A stretch of 59,453 nt of DNA, the filler included, from Diploschistes diacapsis (Eukaryota): assembly GCA_023645945.1 (NCBI GenBank). It is 4 parts of 4 records of this genome, joined end to end, with 100 filler letters (N's around TTAATTAATTAA, not from the genome) between each part and the next. Parts side by side here need not be neighbours in the genome. Positions count along the whole stretch, not along the records: positions 29,812 to 44,600 come from JALAIB010000585.1; positions 44,701 to 59,453 come from JALAIB010000587.1; 2 more parts are not named here. One strand, given 5' to 3'. The notes below the pieces were generated by a model. That model worked only from the letters and a program-made list of their open reading frames with translations. It had not been told where the DNA came from and did no database searches. Below are positions 37,477-49,291 of the stretch, piece after piece (the first letter of the stretch is position 1; every line of letters begins with the position of its first letter). Position numbers and translations under genes: made by a program.

Positions 37477-40022
37477 ATGGCGGAAAACTGCGCAAACCAA
37501 TTGCTTCTGCTGTGGATTAAAGAGTGGTGGGATGCAGCGATTGAGCACAACGCGAAGAGCGTCCTAAGGTGTGCCATAACCCTTGCCAGAGTGTGACGAG
37601 GATGCTGACAAGTACAGCTACAAGAAAGCGTACATGTCCATGAAAGCATGCCCGATAGCATTGCAACATCCATCGCAAGCCGAGCAACTCAATGGTATTG
37701 GCCCCAAACTTTGCAAGAGACTAGTGGAACGCATGGAGACCCATTGTAGGCAGAACGGGCTACCGATGCCTGTTAATCCACGAAAGAGTATGGCAAATCA
37801 TCGCATGCTAGATAATCACTAAGCCTGCAGAGAGACGGCTGCCTGCCGATGCTTCGAACCCGGACACAGAGCAATCGCCGGCAAAACGTCCTCGAAAATC
37901 GAGAGCAAAGCCATATGTGCCTGCGCTACGCACAGGTGCATATGCAATGATTCTCGCTTTGTCTACACGTGCGGAAAATGCGCTTGATGGTTTATCAAAG
38001 CAAGATCTTATAGCATTAGCACAGCCTCATTCTGATTCTTCGTTCACGGTTCCCTCGGACCCGTCGAAATTCTATACCGCATGGGCTTCTATGAAAACTT
38101 TAGAGGAAAAGGATCTAGTCTACAAATTTGGAAGGCCGACTGTCAGGTATGCTTTGACTGACGAAGGCTGGGATGTTGCAAAGAGAATGAAGGAGACAGT
38201 GGGAATCAGCAGCGCAGGGATTACTGAGGCTGAACTTGGACCATTTTCGACCCAAAGTGACAATCGGCCGAGTCATAGCAGGACTTCTACCATCGAAGTT
38301 CGAGACAGCGCGCAAAGACGATCAGTTTCTGATTCATTGGCCGAGAGATGCTCAAGGGAAGCTCGAGGCTTAGGTGAACCAGTGAATCTTGACAGTCTCG
38401 ACAATAACGAAGGTAACGGCCATAACGAGCAAGGAGCTTCTAAAACCACGATCCGATCTAGTCGCGAATCAAATTCTGAACTAAACCTCTCACGTGTACC
38501 CGCCTTTTCAGATCCCAAAGTGGCGCGGGTTAGGACTTCTAGCATCGATCCAGACTTTCTCGAGATCCTGGACAGTCCGTCCCCAGAGCCTGCTCTTAGG
38601 CCTAAACCAAGTGAAGATTTTGGTCGTGGGAGAACCAAAGAGCCTGCGACACGACGAGCATTTATGAAGGAGCTAGAAGAACGCATTTTTAACTCCGATA
38701 ATAATGATCTTGACGATGTGGCATTTGCTAGAGCTCTCGTAGCTGCTCGACAAATCATTACAGACTCAACTCGCAAGACTCTAGAGAGTACTTCGCTACA
38801 AGACTGTGCTGCTTCAAGAAAGCCAAAGCCTACAGATACGCAATCCCTTTTTCTCTGCTCAGGAAATAGTAATGCACCAATGCGGACAACTTCGGGGATT
38901 TGTGAGAGGCCAGAGCTAACCAGACTTATCCCAGCTTCTGAATCGATGACTATAAGCGTACCACCGAGCAGGATTGTAAGTGGTAAGTCCGCTAATCACA
39001 GGACAGCTCCTTGTTCGAACCCAGCTACAACCGGTATTCCTCAATTCGAGCCTATCATGATCCCAGCAGGGTCTTTCACAGTAGAACTGATCGTAGACAC
39101 GCGAGAGGTTCGCACAAGAGTGGATCGGGAGTATATACCCTCAAAACTAGCGACCTTGGGGATCCACTGCACATCGCGCGCTATGGAGCTAGGAGATATG
39201 CTATGGGTCGCCAGGATCCATGATCCATCCATCAAGGCACAACTCGAGCTATCAGACCAGGAAGTTTCCGAAGTTGTCTTAGACTATATTACAGAGAGGA
39301 AACGTCTGGATGACCTCGATGCCAGCATCAAAGACAGCCGTTTCACTGAACAAAAATTCCGGCTGAAGCGCTCGGGAGTATTGAATCTCATCTATCTAGT
39401 GGAGGACTATGGATCTATCGGCTACATGCCAGAAGAGCAGCATCAGCGATTGGTGACTAGCATCACTGCCACACAGGTCATTGACGGCCTTTTTGTTAAG
39501 CGGACACGCAAGCTAGACGATACAATAGCCTACCTCGCCCAAATGACTAGGTTATTGAAGAAGCGATACGAGTCGAAGCCGCTGACAGTGATACCTTCAT
39601 CTGTTCTTACCCCCCAGAATCATATTCTCTTGCGCAATCAAGGCGCAAACTCTGATAACTGCCAACAAGCTACTCACCATATCACTTACTCGTCATTCGC
39701 CAGTCTTGTTCATAAGAGCAGCGCGCTGACGTTAAGGGACGTTTTCCTAAAGATGCTTATGTGCACCCGTGGTATCACTGGAGAGAAGGCTATCGAGATT
39801 CAAAGGCATTGGGAAACTCCTCGCGCATTCGTGGAGGCACTTGAGGATGCCGGCCGTGACCGAGCAACGTCGAACGTGCCTGGTGATAAAGCTTCGGGCG
39901 CAACCAAAAAGAGAGATCTTGTATGGAGCGTGGCGGGTGAATTGGTGGGCAGGAGAAAGATTGGGAAGGTGGTTAGCGCAAGAGTTGGCGACATATGGGG
40001 TTCCGAAGGAGAGAATTACTGA
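37477..40022 (+). CDS. MUS81: Crossover-junction endonuclease Mus81 (3 exons)
   Basis: N-terminal HhH (YKKAYMSMKACP...LNGIGPKLC), winged helix (YVPALRTGAYA...FYTAWASMKTL), ERCC4 nuclease (VDTRE, LGDMLW, ERKRLDDL...RFTEQKFRL), C-terminal HhH (LMCTRGITGEKA). Confidence 0.96.
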
Positions 40023-40672
40023 TTATCAGAACGTCACAGTGGCAGTCCCAGCTTCTCATGCTTATCAAGCGATCAGATGTGTCTGCTAACATTTTGCGTG
40101 AATGCAAACATTCAGTCTCTATAAGACAGCTACATATAATCTGCAGGAGATACTCGTAACTACTACAGTGGGTACAAAGCCTACCCCATTCAGCTTACTT
40201 AATCTCAACATACAAGTATTTCAACAATGGTCACTCTTCCTCGCACATTCCACAACACCATGCTTCTGGTTCCTACGCGACAAAACTTAACGCTGCATCG
40301 CACAAGGACCTCATTCCATTTGGAGATCGTTGTCCCATTACTAAAGTAACCTAGGTAACTATCCATCTCTCTGTTTCCCTCTGGATTCGATGCGCGTTTT
40401 GTGCGTTGCGCTTTTTGTGCGTACTTTAGTCAGTCCAATTCTATGACGTTAATCCTTCTATATACGACGCTCCTTCATCCCTATTGCGTCTCTCGCGATC
40501 TTTGTTCTAAGGATTGCTCAAGTATTATTCTTCCGTTTATAAAAGCCTGGATTGTTCCTATCTGGGCGTTGACTGCTTCGTGATGGCATAGCAGTGCTTT
40601 GCTTCCAATACTACTGGGTTATACCATCTAGGCCAGCTTTACCAGAATATAACTTACCGAGAGTTTCCCATA

Positions 40673-43600
40673 ATGGACTATTCATCCAATGAGAGCACGC
40701 CAAAGTCCTGGAGAGCAGAGTCGACCCTAACGACACCGCAAATGTCTCCATACTCTATCCACCCACCAGAAATTCAGAATCACGATGAGGTATTGTCTAC
40801 TACTGTTTTGGCAGACAACATTCATTGTGGCTCTTGCGTAAAACACATTGAAGATACCCTCACTGTTCTAGGATCGGACATTCTCCATGTTAGCGTTAGT
40901 GTGGTTAGTCACGAAGCGCACATCCTCCATCAGTCGTCCATCGGTCCTTCCAGCATTTATAACGTTCTTGAAGATGGAGGATTCGAAGTGTCCAGTGCCA
41001 CAACCGTTGATGTCAACGACAAAGTCCGCTTCGAATTTGCACCCAGCGAAGCTCGAGGGGAGTACACTGATGCCTGGCGCCGGGCCTTTCCACCTTTAGA
41101 TTACTCGGACCCTATCTCACACTGCTTGCCCCTTACTACAAAGTCAAAGAAGAGGCGTCATGTCGAGAACTGTACGCTATGTCAGGAGCAAGAAATGCAA
41201 GATTCCCCAGGTCAAAGATCACAATCTGTCAGTACACGCGTGGACGGAAGGCAGGGATCAGGTACTCGGATCGATCAGACAGAAGTTCAAAGTCAACCTC
41301 TTCCTCCCCTAGATACGACTGCGAAAGCTGTTGCTGAGAATATTATCATCCAAAAGACTGGGCAGTTTCAATCCCGATCCGAGCATCTAGGACCTCGGAG
41401 TGACCGCCGCGAATCTGATGATAGTTCAGTGAACCATCATACTATCGGACTAAGTATAGATGGCATGGCCAGCACGTCATGTGTCAATGCTATCAAAGAG
41501 CGTCTTAAGAGTATGGATGAAGTCAAAGCCGTATCAATCGATTTGACATCCAAAAGAGCGAGAGTGGATTATGATGGCCGCAAGGGCTTCGCTTATAGAC
41601 TAGTGGAAATCGTTGAGAATCTTGGCTATCACTCCTCCTTTGTCGAGGAAACTACTACGCACCATGCGCATGCAAGGAATGAGAACTCCAACCAGCCCAA
41701 TTTACTCCACGAAGCGATGCTTAGCATTGGAGGGATGACCTGTGCAGTATGTTCGAATGCCATCATTGGCGGTCTGCAAGAGCTATCAATGGTGAAAGAT
41801 GTCAATGTATCACTCATGACGAACTCAGCAAAGGTAAAATACGAAGGGCAAGGGAACCTTGAAAGTATTGTAGAGAAAATAGAAGATCTAGGCTATGAGT
41901 GTTCCACCATTTCTACCGGAGTCGTGGAATCCGGTGAGGAATTAAGCTTGCTTCGACACGCGAAATCGAGAACACTACAGCTCAGGGTTGAGGGTATGTT
42001 TTGCGAAAAGTGCCCAACGCGAATCCGCCAGGCGCTTGAGGACAGGTTTGGGACGTCAGTACAAGTCCAGAAAGGCTTCGACCTTCGCACGCCTATAGCC
42101 ACAATTTCATACGAGCCCCAGCTGCCGACCATTTCAATACGCACGATTCTGAATCTGATCGATTCTTTGAACCGCGACTTCCACACAAGCGTCTATCAAC
42201 CCCCCTCGATCGAAGGCAGGTCGCAGCAGGTTCAGCTAAAGGAGCTTAAGAAGATTTCTTATAGGCTTTTCTTTTCTGCTCTTGCCGCCATTCCGACTCT
42301 TCTCATAGGCATTATCTGGATGAGTCTTGTCTCTGGGGACAACCCGATACGCAAATATTTCGAGGCGGAGATGTGGGCTGGCAACGTCACAAGGGCAGAC
42401 TGGGCCCTATTCATGCTCGCTACCCCAGTCTATTTCTTTGCAGCATCTGTTTTCCATGTCCGCGCTTTAAAGGAAATTCGGGCTTTGTGGCGTCGAAGTA
42501 GTAAAGTCTCCATACTTCGCAGGTTCTACCGCTTCGGTAGTATGAATCTCCTTATTTCTGCCGGCACAACCGTTGCATATGTATCATCGTTGGCTCTACT
42601 GATTATTAATGCCACATCAGTATCAAGCGGAGCTTCGAGCACCTACTTCGACTCGGTGGTATTCCTGACCTTTTTCATCCTGGCAGGTAGATATATGGAA
42701 GCTCTGGGCAAGTCAAAGGCAGGAGACGCTGTTGCTTTACTTGGGAAGCTCCGACCTCAGCAGGCAATGCTGATTGACCCTTTGGACGAACGAAGTAGGG
42801 TAGAAAGCGGCTCCAAAAAAGACAAAGGTCGAGATGCGCCCCAAGCTCAAACAAATATACGGAGGATTGATTCAGACTTGCTGGAAATCGGAGACACAGT
42901 GATCATCGCCCACGGATCGTCGCCTCCAGCCGACGGTATACTGGTTTCAGATGACGGTCAGTTTGACGAAAGCTCTCTGACGGGTGAATCTAGACCTGTC
43001 AAGAAAATCAGGGACGACCGGATTTTTGCTGGTACAATCAACATTGGCAACCCAGTCCGAATGGAGGTCATTGAGGTTGGTGGATCTTCCATGCTTGATC
43101 AAATTGTCGCAATCGTTCGAGAGGGACAGAGTAAGAGAGCGCCCGTGGAGAGGTTAGCGGATGTCGTTACAGGCTACTTTGTGCCCGTCATTACAGCACT
43201 GGCTATAATTACATTCTTTGTCTGGTTTGCTCTTGGTCAGACCGGTGCTCTCGATCCGAAGTATCTGGGAAACGTCACTGGTGGTTGGGCGTTCTGGAGT
43301 CTAGAATTTGCTATTGCGGTCTTCGTGGTCGCTTGCCCCTGCGCTATCGGTCTCGCTGCTCCGACTGCGCTCTTCGTTGGCGGCGGACTTGCAGCGAAAC
43401 ATGGCATTCTGGTTCGAGGTGGTGGCGAGGCCTTTCAAGAAGCTGGAGATCTGGACGCAATAGTTTTCGACAAGACTGGCACTCTCACGGAAGGTGGTGA
43501 TCTCAAGGTGACAGATTACGAGATACTATCTGAAGACCGGTCCGAAGAGCAGATATGGTCCATCGTTGCGGCCCTCGAGGAAGCAAGCTCTCACCCAATT

Positions 43601-44600
43601 GCACGTGCAATTCTGGACTTTGCTTCCTCCAAACAGAGGTCCACCTCATCAGTCCAGGATATTATCGAAGTGCCAGGTCGCGGTCTCCGGGGCACCTTTG
43701 CTTTCGCACCGCCCTCCAATGTCTCTCCTAGCCTAGACACCAGCTACGAAGCCGCGCTCGGCTCCGAAGCCCTCATAACCTCCATGTCCCCTTCCCTCCT
43801 TCAAACCAACACCTTCGCTGCACAAACCCTCTCAACCTGGAAATCTCAAGCCAAATCCGTCGCCGTTCTCGCTATGCGGCGTCTCCCCCCTTCGTCGACA
43901 CCAGCTACCCCCATCGTTCCCCCAAAGCCTTCTGAAACCCAGGACACAGATACCCCCTGGCAGCTTATAGCCCTCCTCTCGACCTCTGACTCCCCCCGCC
44001 CCTCTTCCCTCCCCACCATCCTCGCCCTACGGGAAAGAGGTATAGAAGTCTACATGCTCTCAGGCGACAACCCCCAAACCGCCACCGCAGTCGGCACCTC
44101 CCTCGGAATCCCGTTAGCCAACATCTTTGCCGACGTGCTCCCCACGGAGAAAGCCGAGAAGATCCGGCATCTCCGCCAAACGCTCGTACCAAAGTCCCCC
44201 CTCCGCCGGCGTCGTCGCCTAGAAGCAGCAGCCACCAGAATCGGCAGCGCAAACGGTGCAGCTGGGACAAGAGTCGCCTTCGTCGGCGACGGCACCAACG
44301 ACGCCCCCGCCCTACTAGCCGCCAGCGTCTCCATCTCGCTGTCCACGGGCTCGCCCATCGCGATGACGTCCTCGTCCTTCATCCTCATGTCCTCGGACCT
44401 GCGCACCATCATCAAGCTGCTGGACCTGAGCAGGCGCGTGTTTAGGCGGATCAAGTTCAATTTCTGCTGGGCGCTGGGGTACAATGTGCTGCTCGTGCCG
44501 ATCGCCGCGGGGGTGCTGTTTAGGGCTAGCGAGGGGGGCTGGATTCTGGGACCTGCGTGGGCGGCGGCGGCGATGGCGGGGAGCTCGATTAGTGTTGTAC
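40673..44600 (+). CDS. P1B-type copper-transporting ATPase, intronless, C-terminus lost at contig break
   Basis: HMA motifs IHCGSC, MASTSC (degenerate), MTCAVC, MFCEKC; TGES, CPC, DKTGT, SSHP, GDGTND, YN and MAGSS Cu(I)-type signatures. Confidence 0.96.
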
Positions 44601-44700
44601 NNNNNNNNNNNNNNNNNNNNNNNNNNNNNNNNNNNNNNNNNNNNTTAATTAATTAANNNNNNNNNNNNNNNNNNNNNNNNNNNNNNNNNNNNNNNNNNNN
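44601..44700. other. Artificial contig linker
   Basis: N44-TTAATTAATTAA-N44. Confidence 0.99.
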
Positions 44701-45887
44701 CGCTTCCTCCTCCCCTCCGCAAAACTCTCCTCCAGCGCATCCCGCTGGTTACTCACCGCATTGACCAGCTGCATCAGGCTATGTTTCCCAGCGGCAATGC
44801 CTCGCACGGGATTGTGCGCCGCCGTCTCGAGCGCGCCGGCCGCGCGCAGGGCCTCGTTGCTCGCATATTCGGCGTCGGTGTTGAAGGTTGTTAGGGTTAT
44901 GTTGCCGTCGTTGGGGCCGGCGGCGGATTTGGCGGAGCGGCCGAGGAGTTGGCGCCGGGCAGAAGGGGGGAGGTTGAGGGTGTTGGCGAGGGAGGAGAGG
45001 GAGGTTGGTGTGGGGGTTGAGCTGGCGTGAGGTTGGAGGGGGGGAGCGGCGATTGGGGGGCTTGAGTCTTCGGTGTCTTCGGTGTCTGGGGCTGGGAGTG
45101 CGGTGGTGGTTGTGGTGCTGGTGGTGGTGTGGATTAGGGGCTGATAGTCGCCTTTTGGGGCTGGTGCCTTGGCTGGTATATCATCGATTGGTGGCGTAGA
45201 GAATAGGGATATTTTGGGTTTCGACGGTGGAGGTGGTTCTGCAGCCGTTTTCGGGGCCGCTTGCGTGATGTTCGTCCCTGCGACGACCGTCGTTGTTGCC
45301 GCGGCGTTGCTCGCCTTTTTCTTCCGCGGCTTCCGGGCTACGGAGAGCGGCTTGAACATCATCGGGTTGCCTACTTTCTTCGGCTCCTCTTTTGGCGTCT
45401 CCAAGATATCCACAATGTCCGTTGCTGCAACGGGCAAACTGGCTTCCGCACCCTCTTTCTCCATGTCATCGTGCACATGCTCCTCATCCGCGCTTGTCTC
45501 CGATTCTGCAATGGGCTCGCGACTGAAACCGACCTGAGCGCTCGTCTTGAGACTCACTCCATTCCCGAGCCCTCTTCCTTTGGAAGCACCGCCTGCTGCA
45601 CCCTTCGCCCCCGCGCCAGACCTCTTCGGCGCCGGTAGCATCGCATTGAAACCCCCGGAGCTAACGACTGTCTTCGCTCTCTTCGCTGGGCGCTCCCCAT
45701 CTCGTTCGCCCTCCAGTGGCTTCGGTGCGGAAGCTTTAGGTAGGTTGATGCGGATTACATGGGGGTTGGAGCGGTCGATCAATCTCTGGGAGCAGTTCGT
45801 AGGGGCTGCTTTCGACGATGGTTGAGTGGTCGGCTTCGACTGGTCGTTGCCTGAGCCTTCGGAATCCGAATAACCTACCAGAGCCAT
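44701..45887 (-). CDS. PRCC-domain (MAD2B-interacting) proline-rich protein, 3' end truncated
   Basis: MALVGYSDSE start, LPAPK, FKPLSVARK, FNTDAEY, GKHSLMQLVNAVSNQRDALEESFAEGRR. Confidence 0.85.
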
Positions 45888-46896
45888 GCCTGTGGCTGTT
45901 GGTGATTGTACTTCTTGCTATAAAATCGCCCACCAGCTCCAGTAAACAACTCCGCAGGTGCTCATATCACCCCAACTCCGTCGGCGTCCATTTACTCCTG
46001 TTATCTCCGGCGCTAGCGGTACGCTAATTATTTAAAGGACGTAAGGCTGAAAAATTATTTTGCGTAAACTTTAAGTTAGGTTCCATATAAATTTGTATGA
46101 GCGTTGTTTTTAAATTTCCAATTATTGTATTCTGGTTTTAACATCTCTCCATACATTTCAGAGCTCTTTTTTCAGAGCTTAATGCGTCGCTTTTCGGGCT
46201 AGGACATCAATATCTAGATAATTACTATGGGAACTAGATATGAGCTAAACGGCTTGGCACACACATTATATGTGAAGGGACGTTTGAGGCAGAAAAGGAA
46301 GTCTTGGCAGTCTTGGCATGAGATAGCCCCTTTCTTATCACGGAGGAAACTTTGAGACGGGAGAATTGGACGGGCGGGATAGAACCTCTAGGCGATGGAC
46401 GATGGACGGGGACTCTTAGACGACCATCTCGGAACTCGGGACGGTGGGAGAGGAATACGAGGTAACAGACGAGGAGCTTTACCATGACGGTGACGGTTTG
46501 TTATCACAAAGCAAGCGGGAACGAAACACTCTCAAACGGTCCATGTACACCTCTTCAACATACCTCTATCTTTTCTCCATTGGCTTGAATTGACTTCCGA
46601 CTCCGAGGAGTAGATAGGCTCGACCATCTCCCTCTCTTCGGAAAAAAACCTAGCGCGCCCTTTGCCTCGTGCCTGAATCCAACGATAGCCGGCGAAACGG
46701 GAGGATCTTGCCTTGCGTCCAAAGTGATCGATTTTCGATGAGCAAGGGGTATTTTCCGCGACTGGGTCTATAGTAAAAAGGTCTTGCTATATATCTGAAT
46801 TCAGGGGCCTCTTAAGTAAGCGGGATCATCGAACTTTGTGAAGTAATCATCCAATCCATTCATTTCTCCTCTTCGTCCATCGTTTCCTCGACCTTC

Positions 46897-47927
46897 CTAC
46901 GATTCATGCCAGTTTAACCAACCCATCCATAAATCTCCCGTCGAGGGAGGGCCTTCTGGTGAGGGAGGGCTTTCTGGTGAGGGAGGACCTTGCTTTGTGC
47001 CTGTATTTTTCTGTTCTGATTTTGATTTCGCTTTCGGTAAGGAAGGGTCTTCCAATTGCCCTACGCCCGAGGTTTTCGACTTCAGTGCAGCGACCCCTTT
47101 CGCTTTCGGTTCGGAGGGACCTTGGCCCCGATCTTTCTGACTTTGCGGCTGTTCCGGACGGGCAGCCTTGTTCTTGGCGCGACGCCTTCTGTCACTTTCA
47201 AGTCGTTTGCTTAAACACGGTCAGTGAATGGAGCAGCTGGGACATGATTGCCACCACTTTCGATATCCCTCCAAGTTTTCTCGTGACTGTTTCTCCCGCG
47301 ATGCTCGTGTCCTCGCCCTAAACATAATTAATGAATGAAAGATCTGAGGTATAATTGCCATCACCGTTCGCCTGCATAGTATTTCTCAGGATCTGTTTCT
47401 CTCAATTTTGCGCGGGATTTTCTTCTATTTTCACTAAACATGATCAGTCAATATGGTATCTCAGATATTCCTGCCATTACTTTTCTTTCTGCTTTTGTTC
47501 CTTAGATCTTAACCGCCTCATTCGACGTCTCCTCTCATACGCACTACTTGGTCAGTAAAGGGAGCATTTGGGAAGGTGTGGTTGTCGTCATCTCTCGCCT
47601 TGGTCTTCATGGGCATCCAAGCTTACTTATCCTTCTCCTTTCAAGCTTACTCATAGCGTGTTTCTCTGAAGCTGGCTGCACTTGAACCTACCTCAGCTCC
47701 GCTGGTACTGGTGCTGCAGCATCGTCCTTTGACCCCTGTTTCCCTGTGTCTGCTCGACGTACTGGTGAGTTCAGTGAGATAAAGGGTAGATAGTCATCAT
47801 AGCACGGCTGATAATCATTGATTGAATTTCTTTCGATGATTCCGTTATTGTGGGCATAGTTTTCCTTTAACTGAGCGTTGACGAGCACGGCGAAGACGGA
47901 GAAGGAAAGTATGATAAGATGCCGCAT
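46897..47927 (-). CDS. Orphan secreted Arg/Lys-rich repeat protein A (5 exons, 246 aa)
   Basis: Exons 47927-47692, 47543-47481, 47433-47365, 47317-47258, 47209-46897; all four introns GT-AG and phase 2, giving an uninterrupted 741-nt frame. Signal-like MRHLIILSFSVFAVLVNA, dibasic PVRR, then AYERRRRMRRLRSKEQKQKENENRRKSRAKLRETDPEKYYAGERARTRASREKQSRENLEGYRNKRLESDRRRRAKNK, Pro/Ser tail, ends DLWMGWLNWHES*. Confidence 0.72.
46943..46992. repeat. 18-bp tandem repeat x2.7 (encodes PPSPE(S/G))
   Basis: GAGGGAGGGCCTTCTGGT GAGGGAGGGCTTTCTGGT GAGGGAGGACCTT. Confidence 0.85.
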
Positions 47928-49291
47928 GTTAAGAATAAGTAGGTGCTGTATCGTCTGAAAAACGTAGAGTGTTTGCGATAGTAAGAATCAAGATAACCAT
48001 ATAGCAATGCAAGGGACAGTGATTATTACTAGGGCGGACTGCTCGACATGACAAATCGAGGCTACCCTGTAAACATAATGTAAGCGCCGGCCCTGACCTG
48101 AATGATTATTCCACCCATCTAAACAGTCCACAATTTTTGAATGGCTTCGATCTTGAGGCTCGGAATCTGATATATTGAAACGAGTGGCAGGCCCAGGCCA
48201 AAGCGTCTGCGCCTAAACTTCCAACTGAGCTGCTTGCCCGCAATTCGCCAAGTCGTCTTCCTGTTGCATCTCTCTTGTGGACCAACGGCTATCTGGCTCC
48301 AGAACGCTAAAGTTGTTTGGGGGTGCAACTGTAGGGTGGAGTTCCGGTGTATTGTCCCAATGATAATGCTATTTGGCGTACGAATTCGAAGACTGCGCAT
48401 AGATGGTTTTGTGCCCATGCGTTTTGAATGAGCAGCAGATGTACCATCAATGCATTGAGATTGGCGCGCCAAAGTAGCTTTGCTTCGGCTATGCTGGGTG
48501 CAGTATACTTCTGTTGCTGTGTCCCTAACGACACATACAGTACAACTTCTGTACTTACCATGCCTTGAATGAGCCGACAAAGTACACAAGCCGGCCACAC
48601 TTTTTCAAGAAGCTGGGATTCCTACCAGTGACGATTAACTTTTGAAGTCACTAAAATCCGTGGAGCCGCATCACTATTCCGCTTGTGGTCCGGTGCTATA
48701 CCACCCTTACAATGAATGTCTGTCGTGCCAACCAACAAGACTCCATGCAGCCATTGCCATTCCTGTCACGGAGGTAGGATGACTGGATGCATGCTTCTTT
48801 CTAACTTTGAAATTTGGTGCTAAGAACACGCCATCCATCTTTCCCTCCTGGCTTCTTTTGACGAGCGCAGCGATACTATCTCAGTCCAAAGAATCACTAC
48901 ACCTGTAACCATCCACGCCCCAGATCAGGCGCGCCTATCAACCTAGTGAGCGATACATCCTCGAAACACGTCATTACCACCGTGCGCGAGATAGGCTTGC
49001 GATAGTAGAGTGGTGAACTCGAAGCCTCGTGCCGTTAGGGCCCGTCAGTCACTGGGAAACTCGAAGGCTTCGAGAGCATCGGCAATGTGAGACTACACTA
49101 CGGATGCAAGCTTGTCACTGCCTACTGATTAGTTTCAAATTTGGTGACACATTGGATGTAAAGGAACGTGAAAATATCTTGAAGCAGTGGGAGGCCATTC
49201 AGCTTTTCAACTTTCCAGTTCGAGACCGGCCCCCATATAATATTATATCTCTTCGTGTTTTATCATTTATTTCCCCCGCACAGCCCCGAAG

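Noticed and set aside
48785..49150. Two AAATTTGGTG motifs resembling LTR primer-binding sites
   Set aside because: No flanking LTR pair or gag/pol remnants; could be chance or a promoter motif.
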